Assembly: GCA_963736655.1 (NCBI GenBank)
Contig: CAVTPM010000005.1
Location: forward strand, 517,295-581,294
Direction: 5' to 3'
Source of the DNA: an uncultured Actinomycetota bacterium
Lineage (GTDB): Bacteria > Actinomycetota > Actinomycetes > DATJPE01
DNA length: 64,000 bases
Shown here: positions 46,160-56,273 of the stretch, one piece after another
How the letters are laid out: each line of letters starts with the position of its first letter
How positions within the stretch are numbered: position 1 is the first letter of the stretch
Program-made: the position numbers and the translations under genes
The notes under the pieces: model-generated
Seen by the model: only the letters and a program-made list of their open reading frames with translations
Told to the model about the DNA's origin: nothing
Databases searched by the model: none

Positions 46160-47572
46160 CCGGAGCCAGGCCCGCCGGCCGCGGGGGAGGACGGCCGTAT
46201 CGCCGACCGCAGCCGGACGCCCCCCGGCGGGCGGCGTACGACACCTTGCAGGCCGTGCGCGTCGACGACGCCTACGCCAACCTGGTGCTGCCCGGTCTGC
46301 TCAGGGACCGCGCCATCAAGGACCGCGACGCCGCCTTCACCACCGAGCTGGCGTACGGCACGCTGCGGGCGTCGGGCACCTACGACCTGATCCTGGCCCG
46401 CTGCATCGACCGTCCGCTCGACCAGGTCGACGGCGAGGTGCTGGACGTGCTCCGCCTCGGGGCTCATCAGCTGCTGTCCATGCGGGTTCCCGACCATGCG
46501 GCGGTGGGGGAGACCGTCGAGCTGGCGCGGGCGGTCCTCGGCGACGGCCGCGCGAAGTTCGTCAACGCGGTGCTGCGCAAGGTCGGGAGGTCCGACCTCG
46601 AGGAGTGGCTGGGTCTGGTGGCCCCCGCCCTCGAGAGCGACCCGGTGGGGCACCTGGCTGTGGTCCACGCGCACCCCGGCTGGGTCGTCGAGGCGTTCGC
46701 GGCCTCCCTCGGCGTCGACGTGCTCGACGCGGGCTCCCGGACCGAGCTGGTCGCGCTTCTCGAGGCCGACAACCTCCCCCCTGCCGTCACCCTGGTCGCG
46801 CGCCCCGGGCGGTCGACGCCGGACGACCTGGTCGCTCTCGGAGCGGTCCCCGGGCGCTGGTCCCCCGTCGCCGGGGTGCTCGACGGCGGCGACCCGGGCG
46901 CGTTCGAGGCGGTGCGTTCCGGTGCCGTCGGGGTCCAGGACGAGGGCAGCCAGCTGGTCGCCCTCGCGGCTGCGGCCGTGCCCCTCCTCCCGGGGTCGAG
47001 CCCCGACCTTCGCTGGCTGGACCTGTGCGCCGGGCCAGGGGGGAAGGCTGCGCTCCTCGCGGGCCTCGCGGAGGCGCGCGGTGCCCGGCTCACCGCCAAC
47101 GAGCCGCAGCCGCATCGCGCCGAGCTCGTGCGGCATGCGGTCGGCACTCACGCCGAGGTCGTGGTCGGTGACGGCCGGGCCGGCCCCTGGGAGGACGCCT
47201 CGTTCGACCGCGTGCTGGTCGATGCGCCCTGCACCGGGCTGGGGGCCCTGCGTCGGCGCCCGGAGGCCCGGTGGCGCCGCACGCCCTGCTGACGTCGAGC
47301 GGCTGATGCCCCTCCAACGTGCGTTGCTCGGGGCTGCTGTCGACGCCGTACGTCCAGGGGGCGTGGTCGCCTACGTGACCTGCTCGCCGGTCCTCGCGGA
47401 GACGCGAGGGGTCGTCGAGTCCGTGCTGGCGGCGCGCCCCGACGTGGAGCAGGTGGACGCCGTTCCGTACCTGCCGGGAGTGCCGCACCTCGGCGAGGGC
47501 CCCGACGTCCAGCTCTGGCCCCATCGGCACGGCACCGACGCCATGTACCTCGCGCTGCTCAGGCGACGCTGA
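46156..47572 (+). CDS. rsmB: 16S rRNA (cytosine-C5) methyltransferase RsmB/Fmu; frame disrupted
   Basis: NusB-like N-domain, then SAM MTase motifs (LDLCAGPGGK, DRVLVDAPCTGLGALRRRPE). After a shift near 47288: LQRALL...GGVVAYVTCS. Confidence 0.88.
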
Positions 47573-47660
47573 CCTGCTCCGGCGTGGCGCGACGAAGGCC
47601 TTGCGTCACGATCGGGTGAAGGTCTGTCGCTCCGCGCCGACCGCCCCGTACCGTCCTGCC

Positions 47661-49652
47661 ATGCGCCCTCGTCTGCTGGTCGTCGCTGCTCACGGTCGGG
47701 TTCGCCGCGACGCTCGTCGCTGCGCCACCAGCGGTGTCCGCGGCCGTTCGCACCAGCGTCGGCGCGTTGCCTCGGTCCGACCGGCGCCGACCGCTGTTCC
47801 ACCCACGGTGGTCTGGGACACCTGCGCCGACGCGGTGCCCAGCAGGGCCCGGTGCGGCCACGTGATCGTGCCGGCCGACCCGTTGCGTCCAGAGCTCGGC
47901 AGGCAACGGGTGGGCTTCGAGCTCTACCCCCGGCGTGACCGTGGTCGCGTGTCCTTGGGGACCCTCGTCGGGCACGAGGGTGGTCCGGGCTACCCCACGA
48001 CGGGCAGCCGCGACTGGTACCTCGACCTGTTCGCCCCCCTCCGCGAGCGCCGGGACGTGCTGCTGGTCGACGAGCGGGGGACCGGCGTGTCGGGGGTCGT
48101 TCGGTGCAAGGCGCTGCAGCGGGGCCTGCTCGACTACGAGGAGGCCGTCGCCGCGTGCGGCGAGCAGCTCGGGGAACGCGCCGACACCTACGCCACGGCG
48201 TACGGCGCGGACGACCTGGCCGCGGTCCTCGACGCTCTCCGCATCGACCGCATCGACCTCTACGGTGACTCCTACGGCACGTTCTTCGCTCAGACGTTCG
48301 CGCTTCGGCACCCCGACCGGCTCCGGACCCTGGTCCTCGACGCCGCCTACCCCGTCTCCGACCAGGACCCCTGGTACCGGGACACCAACCGGGCGATCCG
48401 GGACGCGCTGCGTCGGGTCTGTGACCGTGACGCGTGGTGCGCGGCGCGCGGTGGCGACCCGGTGGTCCGGATGCGGTCGTTGGCGAGCGCCCTCCACACC
48501 CGGCCCTTCACGGGCAAGGCATTCGACGGGGACGGCGTCCGGCGCACCGTGACCTTGGACGGCGTGTCCCTCGCCCTGGCCACTGCCTACGCGACCTACG
48601 GCACCTCGATCTACCGCGAGCTCGATGCCGCCGTCCGGGCCTTCGACCGTGGGGACGCTGCACCGCTGCTCCGGATCGTCGCCGAGAACGTCAGTGACGA
48701 CCCGGACAACGGGCCGCCGGTCGACTACTCGGCGGGGGAGTACGCCGCCGTCATCTGCTCCGACTATCCCCAGCTCTGGGACGTCGCAGCGGAGCCGGGC
48801 CAGGCGCGCGAGGCTCAGTACGCCGCAGCACTGCGCGCGCTGCGCACCACGCAGCCGCGCACCTTCGACCCCTTCCGGATCGACGACTGGGTCGACAGCG
48901 GCTGGGGCGAGGCGCGCACCTGCATCGGGTGGCCCTCACCCACCGACCCCGTGCCTCCCGAAGTGCCGGGCACGGCGTACCCGGACGTCCCGACCCTCGT
49001 GCTGTCCGGGGATCTCGACTCCGTCACCTCGCCCGAGGGTGGTCGCCTGGTCGCGAGCCGGTTCCCGCGCGCCACCTTCGTGTCGGTGCCGAACGTCGGT
49101 CACGTCGTCGCGCTGGGCGACCATCAGGGCTGCGCCGAAGGCATCGTTCGCCGTTTCGTGCGCACCGGTGGGACGGTCGGAGACACCTCCTGCGTGAAGG
49201 AGTACGCAGCGGTGCGCGCGGTTCCGCGGTTCGCCCGTACCTCGTCCGGGCTGGCGCCGGCCCGCCAGGGGCGCGTCGTGCGCTCCTCGGTCGCCGATCG
49301 CCGAGTGGTGGCGGCTGCGGTCATGGCGGCCGGTGACGTGATCACCCGCTGGTTCGTCAACTACAGCGGGGACGGCAAGGGTCTTCGTGGCGGGAGCTTC
49401 ACCTACACCGGCGACGACGAGGTCGCCTTCCGACTGTCGCGCCTGGCCTTCGCGCGCGACGTCGAGGTCAGCGGCCCGCTCCGCTGGGATCGCGACACCG
49501 GTGCGCTCCGAGCCGTCCTCGTCGTCGACGGGCCCGGCGGGCGAGACGGTCGGCTGACCGTCTCCTGGAACGACTGGCGTCCCGCAGCGAAGGCGACCGT
49601 TCGAGGCTCCCTCGGGGGACGGCCGGTCCGGTTGGTCACGCCCGCTCCCTGA
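47661..49652 (+). CDS. Secreted alpha/beta-hydrolase (tripeptidyl-aminopeptidase/TAP-like); N-terminal signal region locally out of frame
   Basis: Nucleophile elbow LYGDSYGTFF, motif LLVDERGTG, a C-terminal TAP-like segment (LVLSGDLDSVT) and a ~150-aa extra tail. The signal peptide LLTVGFAATLVAAPPAVSA is readable only in another frame between about 47690 and 47775. Confidence 0.7.
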   Translation: MRPRLLVVAAHGRVRRDARRCATSGVRGRSHQRRRVASVRPAPTAVPPTVVWDTCADAVPSRARCGHVIVPADPLRPELGRQRVGFELYPRRDRGRVSLGTLVGHEGGPGYPTTGSRDWYLDLFAPLRERRDVLLVDERGTGVSGVVRCKALQRGLLDYEEAVAACGEQLGERADTYATAYGADDLAAVLDALRIDRIDLYGDSYGTFFAQTFALRHPDRLRTLVLDAAYPVSDQDPWYRDTNRAIRDALRRVCDRDAWCAARGGDPVVRMRSLASALHTRPFTGKAFDGDGVRRTVTLDGVSLALATAYATYGTSIYRELDAAVRAFDRGDAAPLLRIVAENVSDDPDNGPPVDYSAGEYAAVICSDYPQLWDVAAEPGQAREAQYAAALRALRTTQPRTFDPFRIDDWVDSGWGEARTCIGWPSPTDPVPPEVPGTAYPDVPTLVLSGDLDSVTSPEGGRLVASRFPRATFVSVPNVGHVVALGDHQGCAEGIVRRFVRTGGTVGDTSCVKEYAAVRAVPRFARTSSGLAPARQGRVVRSSVADRRVVAAAVMAAGDVITRWFVNYSGDGKGLRGGSFTYTGDDEVAFRLSRLAFARDVEVSGPLRWDRDTGALRAVLVVDGPGGRDGRLTVSWNDWRPAAKATVRGSLGGRPVRLVTPAP

Positions 49653-49681
49653 GCGGTCCCCCTGCGGCGACCCTCCTCGGA

Positions 49682-49687
49682 TAGCGT
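49682..49687 (+). promoter_or_regulatory. -10-like hexamer TAGCGT, 7 nt upstream of rpe GTG 49695 (leaderless candidate)
   Basis: Sequence is gaTAGCGTgcctgccGTG. The family-typical N-terminus ([12 protein letters not shown]) begins right after GTG 49695. Confidence 0.35.
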
Positions 49688-49694
49688 GCCTGCC

Positions 49695-50364
49695 GTGGGG
49701 ATCCGGATCTCGCCGAGCATGCTGTCCGCCGACTTCGCGCGCCTCGCCGAGGAGGCCGAGAAGGTCGCGGGGGCAGCCGACTGGCTGCACGTCGACGTCA
49801 TGGACAACCACTTCGTGCCCAACCTGACCCTCGGCCTGCCCGTGGTGGAGGCGCTGCTCCGGGTCGCCGAGCACGCCAGTCGACTGCCACCTGATGATCG
49901 ACGACCCGGATCGCTGGGCACCTGCCTACGCGGAGGCCGGCGCGGGGTCGGTGACCTTCCACGTCGAGGCGGCCGCGGAGCCCGTACGGCTGGCACGGGC
50001 TCTCCGGTCGGCGGGGGCGCGCGCGGGGATGGCCCTGAAGCCCGGCACGGCGATCGAGCCGTACGCCGATCTGCTGCCCGAGCTGGACATGGTGCTCGTC
50101 ATGACGGTCGAACCCGGGTTCGGTGGTCAGGCGTTCATGGCCGACATGCTGCCCAAGGTGCGTCGGGCCAAGGAGCTCATCGCGGCGACCGGGGGCGAGA
50201 TCTGGCTCCAGGTCGACGGTGGCGTCTCCGACGACACGATCGCCCAGTGTGCTGAGGCGGGCGCGGACACCTTCGTCGCCGGTTCGGCGGTCTACGGCGC
50301 CCCGGATGCGGCCGAGGCCTGCCGTCGGCTCAGGACCTTGGCAGCTGCGGCGGCGGCAGGCTGA
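49695..50364 (+). CDS. rpe: Ribulose-phosphate 3-epimerase; frame disrupted
   Basis: [13 protein letters not shown]...[17 protein letters not shown], then after a shift near 49872 [10 protein letters not shown]...VTFH...[12 protein letters not shown]...QVDGGV. Confidence 0.92.
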
Positions 50365-50458
50365 TCTGGGTGCGGCGCCAGACGTCGCGCAGCTCCATCG
50401 GGACGATGACGTTCATCCCGAGGAAGAGGAACGCGGCGACCCCGGCGAAGAACACCAT
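50330..50458 (-). CDS. Unlisted small hydrophobic ORF (42 aa; possibly longer), convergent with rpe
   Basis: [42 protein letters not shown]. By my count, 41 of 42 codons end in G/C, which is a strong coding-frame signal. One TM helix. There is no SD. An upstream ATG at 50540 (MEDQGPTPHGTRGWDALP) could join it through one indel. Confidence 0.4.
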   Translation of the reverse strand: MVFFAGVAAFLFLGMNVIVPMELRDVWRRTQISLPPPQLPRS

Positions 50459-50607
50459 CCAGGCGATCGGGATCAGGAGGGCCCTAGGGCAGGGCGTCCC
50501 ACCCTCTTGTGCCGTGCGGCGTCGGCCCCTGATCCTCCATGGGCGGGTTGTCGACCTCGTGCACCGGCGACTTCAGCCCGTGGCAGACTAGAGGGGTTAC
50601 AGACACA

Positions 50608-50740
50608 CTCGTGCGTCCCGGGGTCGGTGCAAGTCCGAACCGGCGGTGACAGTCCGCGACCCGGCCGAAGCCATCGGCCGGTTGACCAGGTGGAACTCCT
50701 GGACCGACGGTGAGAGTCCGGATGGGAGGCGACGCGCGAG
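50608..50740 (+). promoter_or_regulatory. FMN riboswitch (RFN element) controlling ribD-ribE-ribBA-ribH
   Basis: P1 pairs ctcgtgcgtc with gacgcgcgag. The conserved cores are GGGGUCGGUGCAAGUCCGAACCGGCGGU, AGUCCGCGACCCG, GGUUGACCAGGUGGAACUCCUGGACCGACGGU and AGUCCGGAUGGGAGGC. Confidence 0.9.
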
Positions 50741-50853
50741 CACGTCTGTGCCGTGAGGTGACGACGCGAGGTGCGTCCGATTCCGCAGCGGCGCCGACCT
50801 GCTTGCGATCTCCCGACCCCGAGACCTGCGACCGACGCAGGAGAGGGGTCCAC

Positions 50854-51879
50854 GTGGCCAGCGCAGCCGAGATCGCGGCGATGCGCCGCGCTCTCGACCT
50901 GGCGCGCACCCCCGACCTTGCCCCGAACCCCAACCCCCGGGTCGGCTGCGTCCTGCTTGATGTCGACGGCGCCGTGATCGCGGAGGGCTTCCACCGGGGC
51001 GCGGGGACACCGCACGCCGAGGTCGTCGCCCTGGCGGCCGCGCCCCCCGGGACCGTCCGCGGCGCGACCGCGGTGGTGACCCTCGAACCCTGCAACGGAA
51101 CGGGCCGGACCGGCCCGTGCGTCCAGGCCCTGGTCGAGGCCGGGATCGCCCGAGTCGTCTTCGCCCAGGTCGACCCCAACCCGGCCATGGCCGCCGGAAC
51201 TGGGCAGCTGCTCGCAGCAGGACTGGACGTGGAGGCAGGGGTCCTCGCCGAGGAGGCCCTCGAGCTGAACGCTGCATGGACCCTGGCCGTCGCGCGGGGC
51301 TGGCCTGTGGTGACCTGGAAGCTGGCGGTGTCGGTGGACGGGCGCAGCGCAGCAGCCGACGGCACCAGTCGGTGGATCACCGGACCTGAGGCGCGCCGCG
51401 ACGTGCACCGGCTGCGTGCCGAGTGCGACGCCGTCCTCATCGGTACGGGGACCGCTCTCGTCGATGATCCGCAGCTGACCGTCCGTGACGCAGAGGACCA
51501 GCCGTTGCCCCCCGACCGCCAGCCGCTGCGCGTGGTCATGGGCTTGCGCGAGCTACCCCCGAAGGCGCACCTGCGCGACGACCGGGCAGCCACCGCACGG
51601 CTCGCCACCCACGACCCGGCTGAGGCGCTTCGCGTCCTGCACGAGCGAGGCATCAGGCACGTGTGGCTCGAGGGCGGGCCGACGCTCGCCGCGGCCTTCG
51701 TCCGCGCCGGGCTGGTGGACGAGGTCATCGCCTACGTGGCCCCGCTGCTGCTCGGGTCCGGCGCAGCCGCGCTGGAGGACGCCGGAATCACCACGCTGGC
51801 CGAGGGGTTGCGGCTGCGTCTGGTCGACGTGGCGCAGGTCGGCGACGACGTACGACTGACGATGTTCAGGAAGGGCTGA
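50854..51879 (+). CDS. ribD: Bifunctional diaminohydroxyphosphoribosylaminopyrimidine deaminase / 5-amino-6-(5-phosphoribosylamino)uracil reductase
   Basis: 341 aa from GTG 50854 with SD GGAGAGGGG. Motifs: MRRALDLA...NPRVGCVL...HAEV.AL...TLEPC...GRTGPC. Intact. The track start at 50710 lies inside the riboswitch. Confidence 0.92.
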   Translation: MASAAEIAAMRRALDLARTPDLAPNPNPRVGCVLLDVDGAVIAEGFHRGAGTPHAEVVALAAAPPGTVRGATAVVTLEPCNGTGRTGPCVQALVEAGIARVVFAQVDPNPAMAAGTGQLLAAGLDVEAGVLAEEALELNAAWTLAVARGWPVVTWKLAVSVDGRSAAADGTSRWITGPEARRDVHRLRAECDAVLIGTGTALVDDPQLTVRDAEDQPLPPDRQPLRVVMGLRELPPKAHLRDDRAATARLATHDPAEALRVLHERGIRHVWLEGGPTLAAAFVRAGLVDEVIAYVAPLLLGSGAAALEDAGITTLAEGLRLRLVDVAQVGDDVRLTMFRKG

Positions 51880-51880
51880 G

Positions 51881-52552
51881 ATGTTCACCGGGATCGTCGA
51901 GGAGCTCGGCGAGGTCGTGGCGCTGCAGCCGCAGACCGACGCCGTACGGCTCACGCTGCGCGGGCCGATCGTGACGAGCGACGCCGTCCACGGCGCCTCC
52001 ATCGCCGTCAACGGCGTGTGCCTCACGGTGGTGGAGATCGTCGACGACACGTTCACCGCCGACGTCATGCAGGAGACCCTCGACCGGTCGAGCCTGGGTG
52101 AGCTGGTCCCCGGCAGCCCGGTGAACCTCGAGCGTCCGGTCACCCTGGCCGCCCGGCTGGGCGGTCATCTCGTCCAGGGCCACGTCGACGGCACGGGGAC
52201 GGTCGCGAGCCGTACTCCCGGAGAGCGCTGGGAGGTCGTCCGCGTGGGGCTTCCCCCGGACCTGGCCCGCTACGTCGTCACGAAGGGGTCGATCACCGTC
52301 GACGGCGTCTCGCTCACGGTGGTCGACGTCGGGACGGACTGGTTCACCGTGAGCCTGATCCCGACCACGTTGGGTCTCACCACCCTCGGGAGCAAGCAGG
52401 TCGGTGAACGCGTCAACCTCGAGGTCGACGTCATCGCGAAATACGTGGAGAAGCTGCTGCACCCCGCTGAGGGTGACGAAATGGACGCGACACGCCGCGT
52501 GTCGCGTACGCAACGTCACCCTCAGCGGGGCGGCGGGGGGGAGCGGTCATGA
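51881..52552 (+). CDS. ribE: Riboflavin synthase (alpha chain), with an unusual ~30-codon 3' tail
   Basis: [12 protein letters not shown]...[11 protein letters not shown]...NLE..., then the second repeat ...[11 protein letters not shown]...[15 protein letters not shown]. The tail [30 protein letters not shown] is encoded by a palindrome. The stop overlaps the ribBA ATG. Confidence 0.9.
   Translation: MFTGIVEELGEVVALQPQTDAVRLTLRGPIVTSDAVHGASIAVNGVCLTVVEIVDDTFTADVMQETLDRSSLGELVPGSPVNLERPVTLAARLGGHLVQGHVDGTGTVASRTPGERWEVVRVGLPPDLARYVVTKGSITVDGVSLTVVDVGTDWFTVSLIPTTLGLTTLGSKQVGERVNLEVDVIAKYVEKLLHPAEGDEMDATRRVSRTQRHPQRGGGGERS
52462..52530. repeat. 69-nt near-perfect palindrome (17-bp outer stem, 6x6 internal loop, 10-bp inner stem, 3-nt loop)
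   Basis: ccccgctgagggtgacg (52462-78) pairs with cgtcaccctcagcgggg (52514-30). acgcgacacg (52485-94) pairs with cgtgtcgcgt (52498-507). Confidence 0.85.
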
Positions 52553-53793
52553 CCACCACCTACGCCGGGATCCGGCTCGACCGGGTCGAGGAAGCCGTCG
52601 CGGCCATCGCCCGCGGCGAGGCGGTCGTCGTGGTCGACGACGAGGACCGGGAGAACGAGGGCGACCTGATCTTCGCAGCGGGGAAGGCGACCCCGGCGCT
52701 CGTCGGCTTCATGATCCGCCACACCTCGGGCTACGTGTGCGTCCCCATGGAGGGCCGGGACCTCGATCGCCTCGACCTGCCGCCGATGACCCTGGTCAAC
52801 GAGGACCGCAAGGGGACGGCCTATGCCGTCACCGTCGACGCCCGCGACGTCAAGACGACCGGCATCTCCGCCGAGGACCGGTCGCGCACGATCCGGGTGC
52901 TCAGCGACTCGGCCACCGAGCCGCACGACCTCACCCGGCCGGGTCACGTCGTCCCGCTCCGTGCAATCCCCGGCGGGGTGCTGCGCCGGCCCGGGCACAC
53001 CGAGGCCGCCGTCGACCTGGCCCGGATGGCCGGGCTCAACCCGGCCGGCGCCCTGTGCGAGCTGGTCAACGACGACGGGTCGATGATGCGCGCACCGGAG
53101 TGCCGGGTGTTCGCCGACGAGCACCAGCTGGTGATGATCTCGATCGCGGACCTCATCGAGTACCGGCGGCGCACCGAGTCCCTGGTGGAGCGAGCCGCCG
53201 AGACGGTGCTCCCGACGCTGCACGGCCAGTTCAGGGCGGTCGGCTACCGCAGCCGCCTCGACGGCATCGAGCACGTGGCCCTGGTCAGGGGAGAGCTCGG
53301 CGACGGGGACGACGTCCTCGTGCGCGTCCACTCGGAGTGCCTGACCGGGGACGTGTTCGGCTCGCTGCGCTGCGACTGCGGCCCGCAGCTCGAGGCGGCC
53401 CTCGCTGCGGTCGCCGCTGAGGGTCGCGGTGTCGTCCTCTACATGCGCGGACACGAGGGCCGCGGCATCGGCCTCGTGCACAAGCTGCAGGCCTACCAGC
53501 TTCAGGACGCCGGCAGCGACACGGTGGACGCCAACCTCGAGCTCGGCCTGCCGGCGGACGCCCGCGACTACGGCACCGGCGCCCAGGTGCTCGCCGACCT
53601 GGGCGTGCGCTCCATGCGGCTGCTCACCAACAACCCGGCCAAGCGGGCGGGGCTCGAGGGGTACGGCCTCACGGTGATCGGCCGCGTGTCGCTGCCCGTC
53701 GAAGCCACGATCCACAACCGTCGCTACCTCGAGACCAAGCGGGACCGGATGGGGCACGACCTGCCCGGCCTCGGGACGGCGGGGTCGGCATGA
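52549..53793 (+). CDS. ribBA: Bifunctional 3,4-dihydroxy-2-butanone-4-phosphate synthase / GTP cyclohydrolase II
   Basis: 414 aa, intact: [19 protein letters not shown]...[12 protein letters not shown]...[24 protein letters not shown]...GRGIGL. Confidence 0.95.
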   Translation: MTTTYAGIRLDRVEEAVAAIARGEAVVVVDDEDRENEGDLIFAAGKATPALVGFMIRHTSGYVCVPMEGRDLDRLDLPPMTLVNEDRKGTAYAVTVDARDVKTTGISAEDRSRTIRVLSDSATEPHDLTRPGHVVPLRAIPGGVLRRPGHTEAAVDLARMAGLNPAGALCELVNDDGSMMRAPECRVFADEHQLVMISIADLIEYRRRTESLVERAAETVLPTLHGQFRAVGYRSRLDGIEHVALVRGELGDGDDVLVRVHSECLTGDVFGSLRCDCGPQLEAALAAVAAEGRGVVLYMRGHEGRGIGLVHKLQAYQLQDAGSDTVDANLELGLPADARDYGTGAQVLADLGVRSMRLLTNNPAKRAGLEGYGLTVIGRVSLPVEATIHNRRYLETKRDRMGHDLPGLGTAGSA

Positions 53794-54269
53794 GCGGCCA
53801 GGGCGCGCCGCGCGTCGAGCTCCGCGGGGCGGAAGGGCTGCGCGTCGCCGTGGTCGCGGCCTCGTGGCACACGCCGGTCATGGACGGTCTGGTCGCCGGT
53901 GCGCAGCGGGCACTCGACGACGCCGGCGTCACCGACAGCCTCCTGGTCCGCGTGCCCGGTGCCTTCGAGCTCCCGGTGGTCGCCGCCGAGCTGGCGAGCC
54001 AGCCGTACGACGCCGTCGTCGCCCTCGGCGTGGTGATCCGCGGCGGCACGCCGCACTTCGAGTACGTCTGCTCCGCAGCCACCGACGGGCTCACCCGGGT
54101 CGCCCTGGACTCGGGCGTGCCGGTCGGCTTCGGTCTCCTCACGTGCGACGACGAAGCGCAGGCCCTGGCCCGCGCGGGTCTTCCCGGGTCGGTGGAGGAC
54201 AAGGGACGGGAGGCGGTCGAGGCCGCGCTCGCGACGGCCCTGACCTTGCGGGCGCTGCGACGGCCGTAG
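53790..54269 (+). CDS. ribH: 6,7-dimethyl-8-ribityllumazine synthase
   Basis: 159 aa: [20 protein letters not shown]...[11 protein letters not shown]...[16 protein letters not shown]. Confidence 0.93.
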   Translation: MSGQGAPRVELRGAEGLRVAVVAASWHTPVMDGLVAGAQRALDDAGVTDSLLVRVPGAFELPVVAAELASQPYDAVVALGVVIRGGTPHFEYVCSAATDGLTRVALDSGVPVGFGLLTCDDEAQALARAGLPGSVEDKGREAVEAALATALTLRALRRP

Positions 54270-54278
54270 GCTTGGGGG

Positions 54279-54542
54279 ATGAAGACCTTCGACCAGCTGT
54301 ATGCCGAGCTCTCCGAGCGCGAGGCCTTCCGGCCCGACGACTCCTCGACCGTGCGGCTGCTCGAGGGCGGCGTGCACGCGATCGGCAAGAAGGTCGTCGA
54401 GGAGGCGGCCGAGGCGTGGATGGCGGCCGAGCACGAGACCCCTGAGCGGGCCGCCGAGGAGATCGCCCAGCTGATCTACAACACCCAGGTGCTGATGCTC
54501 GCGCTCGGGCTGTCCCTCGACGACGTGTACGGGCGGTTGTGA
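54279..54542 (+). CDS. hisE: Phosphoribosyl-ATP pyrophosphatase
   Basis: 87 aa: [15 protein letters not shown]......[18 protein letters not shown]...[14 protein letters not shown]. Confidence 0.92.
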   Translation: MKTFDQLYAELSEREAFRPDDSSTVRLLEGGVHAIGKKVVEEAAEAWMAAEHETPERAAEEIAQLIYNTQVLMLALGLSLDDVYGRL

Positions 54543-55396
54543 GCCGCACGATGCTGCGCGTCGCCGTCCCCAACAAGGGGTCGTTGGCCGAGCCGGCGAG
54601 CCAGATGCTCCGTGAGGCCGGCTACCGCCAGCGTTCCGACCCCCGTGAGCTCGTGCTGTCCGACCCGGACAACGACACCGAGTTCTTCTTCCTCCGCCCC
54701 CGCGACATCGCCGTCTACGTGGGTTCCGGGCAGCTCGACGTCGGGTTCACCGGTCGTGACCTGCTCCTGGACAGCGGGGCCGCGGCCGACGAGATCCTCG
54801 CGCTGGGGTTCGGCGCCTCGACCTTCCGGTTCGCTGCCAAGCCCGGCACCGCCGCCTCGGTGCAGGCGCTGGTCGGGCTCCGCATCGCCACCGCCTATCC
54901 CGGGCTGGTGGGCAAGCACCTAGCCGGCCTCGGCATCGCCGCCGACCTGATCCGGCTGGACGGTGCCGTCGAGACCTCGGTCCGCCTGGGGGTGGCCGAT
55001 GTCATCGCTGACGTCGTGGAGACCGGCAGCACCTTGCGCCAAGCGGGCCTGGAGACGTTCGGCGACCCGATCCTGCAGTCCGAGGCGGTGCTCGTGCGCC
55101 GGTCGGGTCTCGCGCTCACCCCTGCTGTCGAGCAGCTCGAACGACGGCTCCAGGGCGTGATCGTGGCCCGGACCTACGTGATGATGGACTACGACTGCCC
55201 GGTCGAGCTGGTCGAGCAGGCCTGCGCTCTCACCCCCGGGATCGAGTCGCCGACGGTGTCGCCCCTGCAGCGTGACGGCTGGGTCGCCGTGCGCGCCCTG
55301 GTGTCCCGGCGCGACACGAACCGGGTGATGGACACCCTCCACGACCTCGGCGCCCGAGGGATCCTCACCACTGACATCCACGCCTGCCGGCTCTGA
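54539..55396 (+). CDS. hisG: ATP phosphoribosyltransferase (long form)
   Basis: 285 aa: [16 protein letters not shown]...[28 protein letters not shown]...[15 protein letters not shown] 54539 overlaps the hisE stop. ATG 54551 is an alternative start. Confidence 0.93.
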   Translation: MSRTMLRVAVPNKGSLAEPASQMLREAGYRQRSDPRELVLSDPDNDTEFFFLRPRDIAVYVGSGQLDVGFTGRDLLLDSGAAADEILALGFGASTFRFAAKPGTAASVQALVGLRIATAYPGLVGKHLAGLGIAADLIRLDGAVETSVRLGVADVIADVVETGSTLRQAGLETFGDPILQSEAVLVRRSGLALTPAVEQLERRLQGVIVARTYVMMDYDCPVELVEQACALTPGIESPTVSPLQRDGWVAVRALVSRRDTNRVMDTLHDLGARGILTTDIHACRL

Positions 55397-55420
55397 GCCG
55401 GGTCCAGGGCAGCTGACCCG

Positions 55421-55879
55421 GTGACCGCCTCCGCAGGGGTGTCCCTCCCGACCACCTGGCGACCACGCCGAGGTCGCGCCGTGCCGTACGTCTTGGCGGT
55501 GCTCGCCATCCTCGGGTTCACCGTCGTCGCCGTCGTCGTGACCGGCGAGGGCAGGGCTGGCGCCACCAGCGTCGACCGGGCTCTGCTCGTCGCCTCCGGC
55601 CTGCTCACGGCGTACCTGCTGCACCGGTTGGCCTCGGTCCGCATCGAGGCGGACGACGAGGGCCTGCTCGTCGTCAACGTCCTTCGGCGGCGCCAGGTGG
55701 AGTGGGCCGAGGTGCTGGCCGTACGGCTGTCCGCGGGCGACCCTTGGCTGTTCCTCGACCTGGCGGACGGGACCAGCCTCGCCGCGATGGGCATCCAGAA
55801 CGCCGACGGAGAGCGCGCCCAGGGCGACGCACGCGCCCTGGCCTCGGTCGTGGCGGCGAAGTCGGTCCCGGACGGCTGA
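55421..55879 (+). CDS. PH-domain (bPH) membrane protein
   Basis: 152 aa with two N-terminal TM helices, then LRRRQVEWAEVLAVRLSAGDPWLFLDLADGTSLAAMGIQ, typical of actinobacterial PH-domain proteins. Confidence 0.6.
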   Translation: MTASAGVSLPTTWRPRRGRAVPYVLAVLAILGFTVVAVVVTGEGRAGATSVDRALLVASGLLTAYLLHRLASVRIEADDEGLLVVNVLRRRQVEWAEVLAVRLSAGDPWLFLDLADGTSLAAMGIQNADGERAQGDARALASVVAAKSVPDG

Positions 55880-55931
55880 GCCGCCGCCCGGGTGCTTGTT
55901 GCGTGGCGCCTCAGCCCGGATACTGCGAGGC

Positions 55932-56273
55932 ATGAACGAGGTGACCCCGCTCCCGGCGCACGGAGCCGCGTTCTTCGATGCCCGCGACCCGCGCCGGTCG
56001 CTGCGGGTCTCGTTCCACCCCGCTGAGGGAGTCTTCGTGCTGAGCATGTGGCGCGACGGGACCTGCCTGTCCACGTTCCGCCTCCCCGCGGGTACGGCCC
56101 CGGAGCTGGTGGCGTCGGTCGTCTCCGAGCTCGCCGAGCCTTACGCCCGCGAGGCTGGGCAGAGCGAGTCGCCTAGCTCCGGTCGCGGGCCTCCCTGCGG
56201 TCGATCTCAGCCTGGATCGACGCCGGGACCGGTCGGCAGTGGCACGCTTGAGCGTGCTCCTGGTGCCAGCTGA
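55932..56273 (+). CDS. Hypothetical protein (3' end doubtful)
   Basis: ATG 55932 is preceded by GATACT 7 nt upstream. G/C at third positions is high up to about 56160 and then drops. The tail overlaps a better-supported minus-strand small ORF. An alternative stop TAG 56174-56176 would be reached by one indel. Confidence 0.45.
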   Translation: MNEVTPLPAHGAAFFDARDPRRSLRVSFHPAEGVFVLSMWRDGTCLSTFRLPAGTAPELVASVVSELAEPYAREAGQSESPSSGRGPPCGRSQPGSTPGPVGSGTLERAPGAS

